64,000 nucleotides of DNA, taken from contig OZ242195.1 of NCBI GenBank assembly GCA_965205975.1, positions 352,001-416,000 of the forward strand. Direction: 5' to 3'. Below are positions 38,709 to 48,499 of the stretch, in pieces (the first letter of the stretch is position 1; each line of letters begins with the position of its first letter). The notes beneath the pieces were generated by a model. That model was not told where the DNA came from and ran no database searches. It was given only the letters and a program-made list of their open reading frames with translations. The stretch is from Candidatus Latescibacterota bacterium (GTDB lineage: Bacteria; Latescibacterota; UBA2968). The position numbers were made by a program, and so were the translations under genes.

Positions 38709-40166
38709 ATGTCAGAGAGACCAAATTTGTTGTTGATTACAACAGACCAACAGCGCGGAGATTGTCTCGGGTGTGATGGGCATCCGGTGCTGGAGACACC
38801 GTATCTCGATGAAATGGCCGAGCGGGGGGCGCATTTCCCCCACGCATATACGTCGGTGCCGTCGTGTACGCCTGCACGCGCGGGGATTATCACGGGGATG
38901 GATCAATGGAATCACGGGCGGTTGACAATGACGGGAAGCCATCCGCTGGAATATCCGGCGACATTGCCGGGGGAACTCGCAGCAGCGGGATATCACACGC
39001 AGGCTGTGGGCAAGATGCACCATGCCCCGCAGCGCAGGCTATATGGCTTTCACCACATGGTGCTGGATGAAAGTGGCCGGCGGATGGGAAACTTTATCAG
39101 TGATTACCATTTGTTTTTTGATCAGCACAAAGAAGGTGCTTACGGATACCGGGATCACAGTATCGATTGGAATTCATGGATGGCGCGGCCCAGCCATTTG
39201 CCCGAGCATTTGCATCCGACGCACTGGACGGCGAGCGAGGGGATTAAATTTTTGCAGCAGCGAGATCCGACCAAACCATTTTTTATGTGGCTTTCATTTG
39301 CGCGGCCCCATTCGCCTTATGATGCGCCCCAGGCGTATTGGGATATGTATATCGACAATGATAATATCCCAAAAGCCGCTGTGGGAGACTGGGCTGCTGA
39401 GTTCGACAAAAAAATCGCAGATGTCAATGCGCCGCGTTCGCACCGTTCCGATGCCGAAACGCACAGGGGACGTGCGGGGTATTACGGCAATATCACGTTT
39501 ATCGATCACCAGATTGGGCGCGTGCTGTACGAGTTGCGCCACCGGGATCCGCAAGCATACCGCAATACTCTGATTATTTTTACATCTGATCACGGCGATA
39601 TGATGGGCGACCATCACCACTGGCGGAAGACGTATGCATACGAAGGGTCTGCGCGCATTCCATTTATTGTGAAGTATCCCGATACATGGCGGGATGTGGC
39701 GCGAGGGGTGAAGTACGATCATCCCGTGGAGTTGCGCGATGTGATGCCCACATTGCTCGATGCTGCCGGAGTCGATATACCAGCGTCTGTAGATGGGCGG
39801 TCTCTTCTGGATATTGCGCGGGGGGATGACGAGGGATGGCGTGCGTTTGTGCAGGGCGAGCATACGTCGTGTTATACGAGAGAACACGGCATGCAATATG
39901 TGACTGATGGGCACGAGAAGTATATCTGGTTTCATCACACGGGAGAAGAACAGTTTTTTAATCTGGATGACGATTCATTGGAATGCTGCGAGTTGTCCAA
40001 AGATCCGGCGTATGAAACGCGCATTGCGATGTGGCGCAGGCGATTGGCAGAGGTGAATGAAAACCGGGGCGATCCGAGGGGGCAAAATGGAGAACTCGTG
40101 CCGCAGCCCGATGGCGCGCTGAGTCTGTCGCCAAATTATCAGAAATGGAAAGAAGCCGCACAATAA
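38709..40166 (+). CDS. Formylglycine-dependent sulfatase (choline/aryl sulfatase-like)
   Basis: PNLLLITTDQQR, CTPAR, GKMH, SDHGD. Confidence 0.92.
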   Translation: MSERPNLLLITTDQQRGDCLGCDGHPVLETPYLDEMAERGAHFPHAYTSVPSCTPARAGIITGMDQWNHGRLTMTGSHPLEYPATLPGELAAAGYHTQAVGKMHHAPQRRLYGFHHMVLDESGRRMGNFISDYHLFFDQHKEGAYGYRDHSIDWNSWMARPSHLPEHLHPTHWTASEGIKFLQQRDPTKPFFMWLSFARPHSPYDAPQAYWDMYIDNDNIPKAAVGDWAAEFDKKIADVNAPRSHRSDAETHRGRAGYYGNITFIDHQIGRVLYELRHRDPQAYRNTLIIFTSDHGDMMGDHHHWRKTYAYEGSARIPFIVKYPDTWRDVARGVKYDHPVELRDVMPTLLDAAGVDIPASVDGRSLLDIARGDDEGWRAFVQGEHTSCYTREHGMQYVTDGHEKYIWFHHTGEEQFFNLDDDSLECCELSKDPAYETRIAMWRRRLAEVNENRGDPRGQNGELVPQPDGALSLSPNYQKWKEAAQ

Positions 40167-40179
40167 TTGCGAGGATGCT

Positions 40180-40659
40180 ATGGACCCAAAATACTGGCTT
40201 GTAAAGTGCGAATACGATGTGTGCTCTTTTGAAGAATTGAGCAATCGGCCCAGTGGCATTGGGTACTGGCGGGGGGTGCGTAATTATCAGGCGCGCAATT
40301 TTATTCGCGACGAAATGCAAAAAGGCGATCAGGCGCTTTTCTATCAGTCGAATTGTAAAAATCCCGGTGTTGCCGGTATTGCCAATATTGTGCGTGCGGG
40401 ATATCCCGATCCATCGCAATTCGATGCGCAGCATGAGTACTACGACGAGAAGGCTTCCGGAGAAGATCCGCGCTGGTTTTCTTTTGATGTGCAGTGGTCA
40501 AAAGCATTTGAGCCTTATGTCAGCCTGCAAGACCTCAAGAATAATCCCCTGCTCAAAGACATGAAGGTGGTTCAGCGCGGGCAGCGATTATCAATTCAGC
40601 CGGTGACAAAGGAGGAGTTTGAGATTGTGTGCGAGATGGGCGGGCATTTGGCGAGATGA
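40180..40659 (+). CDS. EVE domain protein (Thy28-like)
   Basis: YWLVK.E, GVRNYQARNF, GD..LFY.S, PD.SQFD....YYD, RLSIQPV. Confidence 0.92.
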   Translation: MDPKYWLVKCEYDVCSFEELSNRPSGIGYWRGVRNYQARNFIRDEMQKGDQALFYQSNCKNPGVAGIANIVRAGYPDPSQFDAQHEYYDEKASGEDPRWFSFDVQWSKAFEPYVSLQDLKNNPLLKDMKVVQRGQRLSIQPVTKEEFEIVCEMGGHLAR

Positions 40660-40722
40660 AAAGGCCAAAGTGCAGAAATTGAAATTCTTCAAAGACTATT
40701 CGTTGCAGATAAAAGGTACATC

Positions 40723-41316
40723 ATGCCGCGTAAAAACAGAGTTCTTAGCATAGGCGATACCGCCCCCTTATTTACTCTCCCTTCGCATCAGCGGCAAGAC
40801 GTATCGCTCGTATCGCATCGGGGTAAAGAACATGTCATCCTGACGTTTTTTCGAGGGACCTGGTGAAAAAGAAGTCGTCGTCAGTTGGCGGTAGTGCAAG
40901 AACATATAGATGCTTATACCGAACGCAATGCGACATCTATTGCTGTCGCAGCAGGACAGCAACTCTGTAAACTGCGCGAATACGCCGAACGGAGTGGTAT
41001 CACCTATCCGCTTCTGGTGGACGAAGATCGAAGTGCCATCAAAAGCTATGGGGTCTATCATTGGTACAGCCTGGCAATTGCTCACAATCTCATTTACAAC
41101 ATTTTGCGTCCGGCAGAATTTTTCATCGACAAACTCGGCTATTCGTTATATAACTGGCTCGGTCTGCCGGATCACTATCTCAGCAACAGTATTGCCCACC
41201 CTGCGACGTTTATCGTCGATAAACTCGGCATTATTAGATATATGTATATTGGTTCGAATCAGTTTGATTTAGCCGAACAGGAAGAAATTCTCGATCACTT
41301 GAAATTGCTACCATAA
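40723..41316 (+). CDS. AhpC/TSA peroxiredoxin-like protein, probable selenoprotein (TGA at 40864-40866)
   Basis: ATG 40723 gives IGDTAPLFTL...VILTFFRGTW-(TGA)-KRSRRQL in frame with the 40885 ORF; TGA occupies the first Cys position of the CxxC motif. Confidence 0.82.
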
Positions 41317-41457
41317 TTCAGGTTAAAAAATAAATAAAACTTGACAAAAAATTGGTGGTGTTCAAATATTCTTTTTATCTTAAGAAGTTTTTTTAAGACT
41401 TAAACAAGGTGTCCCGTTACCTGACCTCGATAATTTAGGTTAAAATGAGGTGATAGA

Positions 41458-42633
41458 GTGCAGATACCTTCTTCATATCAACCCGGGTATGAAAAAGCAC
41501 TTCTGACCGATCCCGATCTCGCCAAAACGTACATCCAGCACACGCTCATTGGCGATCCCGATGCCGATGCCCTGATCGATGGATTAGCCGACATTGACGA
41601 GAAGCAACAGGGCGAATTCATCAGGGCTGGGATGGACCTGGATGAGGAAAAACTGCGTGATGCGCCTCAGGTAGTACGAGCGTTTTTTGAGAAGGTCGGG
41701 ACGCCGCCCGCGTGGTTTGATCCCGAGTCAGTATATCCCGGATGCCGTGGCTTCCAGGCCTATTCAGATCTGTTTCTTACCTCGTTTGTCGTGGATATTA
41801 TTGTACAGGGTTTCACGACGCTGATCAGCCAATCGTTTTTCACCACAGGAAGGCTGACCGATCAGGGGGTGCGGCGGCTAAAGCAAAATATACTTCACCT
41901 CTTAGAGATTATGTTGCCGGGTGGCCTGGAGCGATATGGCGAGGGCTGGAAACTGTCTGTCCGTCTGCGGCTGGTGCATGCACAGGTCAGGCGGCATCTT
42001 CTCGCTTCTGAGGTGTGGGACTATGAAGCCCACGGCATGCCGATCAGTACTGCCCACATCGCGCTCGCGTCCTGTAATTTCTCCGGGATGCTGTTGCGGT
42101 CAGCCACGCGAATTGGCGCACGTCTAAACGATGAAGAACGCGACAGTTTTATGCAGATATGGCGCTATACCGCTCATCTGATGGGTGTGCCCGAGGCACT
42201 CTTGTTCAGCAATGAGACCGAAGCCTGTGAAATATACCGCGTGGGTTACATTTGCGAACCGCCCCCCGGTCTGGAAGCTATTGCTATGGCAAACTCGGTG
42301 ATTGCCTCGGCTCCTTATGTGATCGGTATTAAAGACGAGAAAGAGCGAGATAATCTATCTGGTTTTGGGTACCGCCTTTCCCGAGCGTTGATTGGAGACG
42401 AACTCGCCGATCAACTCATGTTCCCCAAAAGTCGGACATCTGGGCCTGGGACACTGGTATATTTGCGGCTGAGGCGCAGAATCCAGGAGATCCTCGATGT
42501 CCTGCTATGGTGGAGACCGGGTCATCGTACCCAAAGCTTCATGGCCTTGCTCGACGTATCTACGCTCGAAGAACATAAAATCAGTTACCGATTACCCGAC
42601 AAGCTACACGCAGACGAGGCGAAGCCGTGGTGA
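41458..42633 (+). CDS. MpaB'/Lcp-like (DUF2236) heme oxygenase-family protein
   Basis: GDP.AD, F..TGRL....RR, VRLRLVHAQVR, W....GMPIS, WRY.AHLMGV. Confidence 0.8.
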   Translation: MQIPSSYQPGYEKALLTDPDLAKTYIQHTLIGDPDADALIDGLADIDEKQQGEFIRAGMDLDEEKLRDAPQVVRAFFEKVGTPPAWFDPESVYPGCRGFQAYSDLFLTSFVVDIIVQGFTTLISQSFFTTGRLTDQGVRRLKQNILHLLEIMLPGGLERYGEGWKLSVRLRLVHAQVRRHLLASEVWDYEAHGMPISTAHIALASCNFSGMLLRSATRIGARLNDEERDSFMQIWRYTAHLMGVPEALLFSNETEACEIYRVGYICEPPPGLEAIAMANSVIASAPYVIGIKDEKERDNLSGFGYRLSRALIGDELADQLMFPKSRTSGPGTLVYLRLRRRIQEILDVLLWWRPGHRTQSFMALLDVSTLEEHKISYRLPDKLHADEAKPW

Positions 42634-42712
42634 GGTATGACGGTCTTTATCCACCAATATATAATGAGGGAAATCATTCGCTCGGTGAACGCGTCGCCGC
42701 ACTTAATCCGAA

Positions 42713-45016
42713 ATGGTCGAAGGAGTGTTTCTTTTGCAATTAGAACGCTACACCGCTGTCATTTTGCGCTATCGATGGTTGGTCGTTGCGCTCGCAACGC
42801 TGGTCATGCTGGCTATCGCGGCAGGTGTTCGCTTCATTACTGTCACAAACGATTACCGCATTCTGTTTGGCGAAGACAATCCGCAACTCCTCGCTTTCGA
42901 CGCTCTGGAGAATACGTATTCGGCCTCCAATGCGGCACTGATTGCCGTTGCGCCCCGAGATGGCTCGGTGTTTACCCGCGAGGCACTTGGCGCGGTTGAA
43001 GAATTGACCGAAGCCGCGTGGCGCGCGCCTTATTCCAGTCGCGTCAATTCCCTTACCAATTATACCCATAGCGAAGCATTCGAGGACGATTTGGTTGTCG
43101 CTCCGCTCGTTGACGACGCATCTTCTCTGAGCGATGCCGATGTGGTGCGTATCGAGAAGATCGCGCTGGACGCAATCGAAATTGCCGGGCGTCTGGTGTC
43201 TCATGATGGGCGCACGGCCGGGGTGGCTATTAATTTTATCCTGCCCGAAAATCACGACCAGGCAGTAATCGAAATTACCGATTATCTCAATTCGGTCCTC
43301 AATCAAGCCCGTACGAGCCGTCCGGATATCGATTATTACATGACCGGCGATGTCGTCATGAATCAGACTTTTGCCGATGTAACGAAGAGCGACATGGAGA
43401 CCCTGACACCTGTTGTGTTTCTCATCATTGTAGGTGCCACAATTATTCTCCTGCGTTCGATTCTCAGCACTTTGGCCATTGTTGCCGTGCTCGTGTTTGT
43501 CATCAATACGACTATGGGATTCGCTGGCTGGAATGGCGTGGTGTTCAGCCCCACCAATGCCGGTGTGCCGATTATTGTCATGGTGATCGCCATCGCGGAT
43601 TCGATCCACGTTGTCACGAGTGTTTTATTGGGGATGAGGCGCGGTCTGGACAGAAATGCGGCGATTGTCGAGTCGATCCGCATCAATGCCTATCCGGTAT
43701 TTATTACTTCCGTCACGACGGCGATTGGATTTCTCAGTCTGAATGCCTCAGATTCGCCACCTTTTCACGTCCTGGGCAATTACGTGGCATTTGGTGTATT
43801 ATGCGCGCTTGTTTACACTATGACGCTATTGCCGGCAGTGCTTTCGATTCTGCCATTGCGTGCGTCTTCTGCCCAGTCCGAGGGGACTGTCTTTTTTGAC
43901 CGCTTTGCCGACTTTGTCATCGCCCGCCGCAAATTTTTGCTCTGGTTCGTCACTGCGGTTGTCGTTGTTCTGATCCTCGGCGTTCCCCGCATTGAGCTGA
44001 GCGATAATATGGCGCAGTATTTTGATGATCGCTACGAGTTCCGGCGCGATACGGATTATGTTATCGATAATCTGACAGGTCTGGATAAGCTGGAATATTC
44101 GCTGAGTGCAGGACGCGAAGGGGGTATTACCGATCCGGATTATCTGCGCCAGGTTGATGCTTTTTCCGAGTGGTACCGGGAACAACCCGAAGTGACCCAT
44201 GTCCAGGCATTTTCGGATATTATGAAACGTCTCAACAAAAATATGCACGGCGACGATCCAGCTTTTTATCGCTTGCCCGAAGATTCAGACCTCGCGGCGC
44301 AGTATCTGTTGCTCTACGAGTTTTCGCTTCCTTTTGGCAGCGATCTCAACGACCGCATAGATGTCGCCAAATCCGCTACGCGCCTGAGTGTCGTGACTAA
44401 GAATGCGTGGTCGCGAGATCTGCGTGAACTCGATAAACGCGCACAGGTCTGGCTCCGCACCAATGCACCCGCTTTTGCACACGAGGCATCGGGTCTGAGC
44501 ATTGTTTTTGCCCATCTGTCCCTGCGAAATATCAATAGCATGTTGCGCGGTACGATCACTGCGATGGCACTTATTTCGTTTATTTTAATCTGGATTTTCA
44601 AGAGTGTTCGGGTCGGTCTCCTCAGCTTGTTGCCCAATTTTATCCCCGCGATTATGAGCTTCGGCCTGTGGGGCTATCTCGTCGGTCATGTGGGCATTGC
44701 CTCTTCGGTGGTGATCGCTGTTGTTTTTGGAATTGTCGTGGATGATACGATTCATTTTTTGAGCAAATATCTGAAGGCCCGGCGCGAGGGCCTTCCCGCA
44801 CCCGAGGCCGTGCGCTATACTTTTAACACGGTGGGCCATGCGTTATGGACGACGACCGCAGTGTTGTCAGTGGGCTTTCTGGTGTTTGCCACATCGGGAT
44901 TTGAGGTGAGTTGGGCACTCGGCCTTTTGGTCACGGTTACGATTGTCTTCGCGCTTGTTGCCGACTTTTTACTTTTGCCAACTCTACTGATTGCTATTGA
45001 CCGGAGAAATTCATGA
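42713..45016 (+). CDS. MMPL/RND family lipid transporter
   Basis: Two repeats with IAIADSIH and GIVVDDTIH; TSVTTAIGFLSL; many transmembrane segments. Confidence 0.9.
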   Translation: MVEGVFLLQLERYTAVILRYRWLVVALATLVMLAIAAGVRFITVTNDYRILFGEDNPQLLAFDALENTYSASNAALIAVAPRDGSVFTREALGAVEELTEAAWRAPYSSRVNSLTNYTHSEAFEDDLVVAPLVDDASSLSDADVVRIEKIALDAIEIAGRLVSHDGRTAGVAINFILPENHDQAVIEITDYLNSVLNQARTSRPDIDYYMTGDVVMNQTFADVTKSDMETLTPVVFLIIVGATIILLRSILSTLAIVAVLVFVINTTMGFAGWNGVVFSPTNAGVPIIVMVIAIADSIHVVTSVLLGMRRGLDRNAAIVESIRINAYPVFITSVTTAIGFLSLNASDSPPFHVLGNYVAFGVLCALVYTMTLLPAVLSILPLRASSAQSEGTVFFDRFADFVIARRKFLLWFVTAVVVVLILGVPRIELSDNMAQYFDDRYEFRRDTDYVIDNLTGLDKLEYSLSAGREGGITDPDYLRQVDAFSEWYREQPEVTHVQAFSDIMKRLNKNMHGDDPAFYRLPEDSDLAAQYLLLYEFSLPFGSDLNDRIDVAKSATRLSVVTKNAWSRDLRELDKRAQVWLRTNAPAFAHEASGLSIVFAHLSLRNINSMLRGTITAMALISFILIWIFKSVRVGLLSLLPNFIPAIMSFGLWGYLVGHVGIASSVVIAVVFGIVVDDTIHFLSKYLKARREGLPAPEAVRYTFNTVGHALWTTTAVLSVGFLVFATSGFEVSWALGLLVTVTIVFALVADFLLLPTLLIAIDRRNS

Positions 45017-45816
45017 TACCAATACGACCAATATACCTGTTTTTCGCGCTTTGTCAGATCTTGGCGGCGTGTCTGCCTGTGTATGCAGACGACGCCACCC
45101 CTGAGGAAACCGGGTTGAAAATTGCACAGGATGCCCAGGATCGCGAGAAGGGGTTTGGCAATTTTACGGCTCAGCAAACCATGGTGTTGCGCAATAAACA
45201 CGGGCAGGAGAGCCGGCGCCAACTTCGAGTAAAGGTTCTCGAAGTCTCCGAAGATGGCGACAAGAGCCTATTTGTATTTGACCAGCCGCGCGATGTCAAG
45301 GGAACGGCGTTGCTTATTCACGCGCATAGGGAAAGCGCGGACGACCAATGGCTTTATTTGCCCGCTCTGAAGCGCGTCAAGCGCATTAGTTCGTCGAATC
45401 AGTCCGGTTCTTTTATGGGGAGTGAGTTCGCTTATGAGGACCTGACCCCTCAGGCTGTGGAGAAATTTACCTATCGTTACCTGCGCGACGAGGCATATGG
45501 CGATTTGACATGCACGGTTACAGAACGCTTTCCCGTAGATAAGAAATCGGGCTACAGCCGGCAGGTGGTCTGGCGCGATAAGGATGAGTTGCGCGTCTGG
45601 AAAGTGGCGTATTACGACCGCAAGGATGCCCATCTGAAGACACTCACTCTGGGAAATTACGCGCAGTATCTGGAGCGTTATTGGCGTGCTGGTGAGATGA
45701 CGATGGTCAATCATTTAACCGGGAAAAGTACGGTTCTGACCTGGACGGATTTTGAGTTTCAGACTGATCTCAACGATCGCGATTTCACACAAACTGGGCT
45801 GAAACGGGTGCGTTGA
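45013..45816 (+). CDS. Outer-membrane lipoprotein-sorting (LolA-like, DUF1329-related) periplasmic protein
   Basis: P.DVKGTALL, DDQWLYLPALKRVKRI, SFMGSEFAYED; ATGA overlap with the RND gene. Confidence 0.88.
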   Translation: MIPIRPIYLFFALCQILAACLPVYADDATPEETGLKIAQDAQDREKGFGNFTAQQTMVLRNKHGQESRRQLRVKVLEVSEDGDKSLFVFDQPRDVKGTALLIHAHRESADDQWLYLPALKRVKRISSSNQSGSFMGSEFAYEDLTPQAVEKFTYRYLRDEAYGDLTCTVTERFPVDKKSGYSRQVVWRDKDELRVWKVAYYDRKDAHLKTLTLGNYAQYLERYWRAGEMTMVNHLTGKSTVLTWTDFEFQTDLNDRDFTQTGLKRVR

Positions 45817-47084
45817 TGCTACGCCGTACTGCTCTTCATATTTTACCTTTCGGCGCTGTCTGGATTTTGGTTCTGGTCTTTGCTGTTGGCGCACATGCCG
45901 AAATTGGGATTGACCGCGATTTTTCCGGGCGCGTGAATGTCGAAAGCCGATGGTTTCCCAAATCCGGTGCCTTTTCCGGTCAGGGGGCGCATGCCATCGG
46001 CTTTGTTGTTGTGCCCAACCTCTATCTCGCAGACGCTGAGGGTAGGAGTTTCACGCTATCGCCGTTCTTTCGCTACGACAACGCGGATCCACGCCGCACC
46101 CATGCCGATCTGCGAGAAGCCTATTTTCTGGTATTCGGAGAGATCGGCGATGGTGAATGGGAGTTGCGCGTGGGTATTGACCAGGTTTTCTGGGGCGTTA
46201 CGGAATCGCAACATCTGGTGGATATTGTCAATCAGATCGATCTGGTGGAACATCCAAATGGAGAGGCTAAGCTGGGGCAGCCGATGGTCAATATTACCTG
46301 GTCCAGCGATTGGGGAGTAGTGGAATTTTTTGTTTTGCCGTATCACCGGGTGCGCACGTTTCCGGGCGAATCCGGCCGCCTGCGCCTCCCGCTCGTGGTG
46401 GAAGATGAGCAAGTTGAGTATGAGAGCGAGGGGGAGGAGTGGCATCTGGATTTCGCTGCACGGTACAGTCAGAGTTTTGGTGCTTTCGATGTTGGCCTGA
46501 GTGTGTTTAACGGCACCAGTCGAGAGCCTTTTTTGATGCTGGGCGTGAGTAGTAATGGGGCGCCGGTATTGGTTCAGCAATACGATCAGATCCGTCAGTT
46601 TGGGCTGGATGCGCAACTGACTGTCGGTTCCTGGTTGTTCAAGGTAGAAGCGATTCAGCGTGCGGGTGCCCGAAATCTGCTGGGTATGGAAGAGGATTAT
46701 GTGGCTTCCGTTTTTGGGGGAGAATACACGTTTTATTCCGCGTTTGGTTCGGCTGTTGATGTCAGTTTGCTCGGCGAATGGAATTATGATGGGCGGGGGC
46801 GTAATGCGACTCCGAGTCGCTCGCCCAATACGCTCGAGAACGATTTCTTTTTTGCCACGCGCCTTGCATTCAACGATGTTCAGAGTACTGAGATTGTCGC
46901 GAGTATTCTGGGGGATGCGGGTCGTTCTACACGCGCACTATCTGTCGAATTGGACCGGCGCATCTCTGACAGGTTGTCTCTGAATATAGAGGCGATTTAT
47001 CTTCTCAGTATTGATAGAGCGGATATCCACTATGATACGCGACGCGATAGTTTTATTGATCTGAGCCTGATTTACAATTTTTAG
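45816..47084 (+). CDS. Putative outer-membrane beta-barrel associated with the RND/LolA-like genes
   Basis: Signal peptide; DLREAY, G...VFWGVTES..LVDIVNQ.D; C-terminal Y-x-F; TGATG coupling. Confidence 0.75.
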   Translation: MLRRTALHILPFGAVWILVLVFAVGAHAEIGIDRDFSGRVNVESRWFPKSGAFSGQGAHAIGFVVVPNLYLADAEGRSFTLSPFFRYDNADPRRTHADLREAYFLVFGEIGDGEWELRVGIDQVFWGVTESQHLVDIVNQIDLVEHPNGEAKLGQPMVNITWSSDWGVVEFFVLPYHRVRTFPGESGRLRLPLVVEDEQVEYESEGEEWHLDFAARYSQSFGAFDVGLSVFNGTSREPFLMLGVSSNGAPVLVQQYDQIRQFGLDAQLTVGSWLFKVEAIQRAGARNLLGMEEDYVASVFGGEYTFYSAFGSAVDVSLLGEWNYDGRGRNATPSRSPNTLENDFFFATRLAFNDVQSTEIVASILGDAGRSTRALSVELDRRISDRLSLNIEAIYLLSIDRADIHYDTRRDSFIDLSLIYNF

Positions 47085-47115
47085 TTGTTGCACAATCTCT
47101 AATTAAAAAACAAGA

Positions 47116-47147
47116 TCCCCGCCCGGAATGACCAGGCGGGGGTTTGT
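47116..47147. terminator. Probable bidirectional terminator between convergent operons
   Basis: ccccgcccgg-aatga-ccaggcgggg flanked by A-rich and T-rich tracts. Confidence 0.65.
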
Positions 47148-47168
47148 TTGGTTGTATAGAAGGAATGA

Positions 47169-48488
47169 TTACGTTACCACAGGTTCCATACCGGGTTCGC
47201 CCGCGTGGTAAGACGCCAGACACCAGGGGTCTCGGGTTTCTTTGCGGAAGGTGCGAACTTTTTGTCGCATGGATTCGGCGATGTCCCGAACTGCGGGATC
47301 GTCGATGATGTTGGTGGATTCCATGGGATCGTTTTCAATGTCGAAGAGGGCTTCGGCATCCTGGTGCAAAAATTTTTCCGTGCGGCGTTTGCCCATTTCC
47401 AAGTTTTCTCTGCGAATGGCCTGCCAGGTGGGCGAGGCCCACAGGTCACTGGGCAAAGGGGTGGTGATTTCGGGATAGAGATTGCGCACGTATTTGTATT
47501 TGCGTCCGCGTAAAACTCGGTAGGGATAGTAGTTGGTGACTTCGTGAAAGGTGTGAGAAAAGAAGGTTTCGTCAAATCCCTCGGGATGTGCCTCGTCGAG
47601 TATGGGGACGAGAGATTTTTCGGGCAGGCCTTCAGGGGGTTCAATGCCGCACCATTCAAAGACGGTCGGGGCGATGTTGTTCCAGTTGACAAGGGCGTCG
47701 CTGATAACGGCTTCGGCGTTTGGGCGCGCAATGATGAGCGGGCAGTGATGGCCCGTGTCAAAAGAAGAGGCTTTGCCGCCGGGGAAGGGCATGCCGTGAT
47801 CGCTCATGACAATGATCATGGTGTCATCGGCGCGGCCAGCGTCTTGGAGTGCTTGCACGGCCATGCCAATGCCGGTGTCGAGGCGAGAGACGGATTGGTA
47901 GTATTCGGCAAATTCTCGTCGTACGTCTGGATGGTCGGGCAGAAAATCGGGGATGATGACTTCGTCGGGTGAGTATGTGGCTTCGGGAACGCCGGGATAG
48001 GTTTGTTTGTTGCCGAAGTCACGGTGGGGATCGGAATAACCGACGTGTAGATAGAATGGCTGGTCGCTGTCAATGGTTTCAAAGAATTTTGAGATGTTGT
48101 CTGCAATACCGCGCACATTGCGCCCTCCGCCAGCTTCGTAGTTCCAGGGATAGACAGATTCGGGTTGTACATGGAGTTTGCCGACAACGCCGGTTGTGAA
48201 TCCAGCGGATTGTAGGGTTTTGGGAATTGACGGCATGTTGAGTTGTGTGTGGAAGTTGTGGATGCTGTGTGAGTGACCGTATTGCCCGTGCGTGTGGCTG
48301 TAGTGCCCGGTGAGCAGGTTGGCGCGGCTGGCTGCACACGATGGGGTGGTGCAAAAGGCGTGCTTAAATAAGGTGCCTCGCGCAGCAAGGGCATCTACGC
48401 TGGGCATTTTGATGATGTCATTGCCATAACATCCGGCAATGGGGCTCCAATCGTCGGCAATGAGTAAGAGGACGTTGCGATAGGACAT
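47169..48488 (-). CDS. Sulfatase, N-sulfoglucosamine sulfohydrolase (sulfamidase)-like
   Basis: NVLLLIADD, CAASR, GKLHV, DPHR, SDHGMPFP..K, FHEVT.YYP.R. Confidence 0.87.
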   Translation of the reverse strand: MSYRNVLLLIADDWSPIAGCYGNDIIKMPSVDALAARGTLFKHAFCTTPSCAASRANLLTGHYSHTHGQYGHSHSIHNFHTQLNMPSIPKTLQSAGFTTGVVGKLHVQPESVYPWNYEAGGGRNVRGIADNISKFFETIDSDQPFYLHVGYSDPHRDFGNKQTYPGVPEATYSPDEVIIPDFLPDHPDVRREFAEYYQSVSRLDTGIGMAVQALQDAGRADDTMIIVMSDHGMPFPGGKASSFDTGHHCPLIIARPNAEAVISDALVNWNNIAPTVFEWCGIEPPEGLPEKSLVPILDEAHPEGFDETFFSHTFHEVTNYYPYRVLRGRKYKYVRNLYPEITTPLPSDLWASPTWQAIRRENLEMGKRRTEKFLHQDAEALFDIENDPMESTNIIDDPAVRDIAESMRQKVRTFRKETRDPWCLASYHAGEPGMEPVVT

Positions 48489-48499
48489 AAGATCTCCTT

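Noticed and set aside
40180..40659. EVE protein as part of a modification-dependent restriction system
   Set aside because: Stand-alone Thy28-like EVE with no fused or adjacent nuclease
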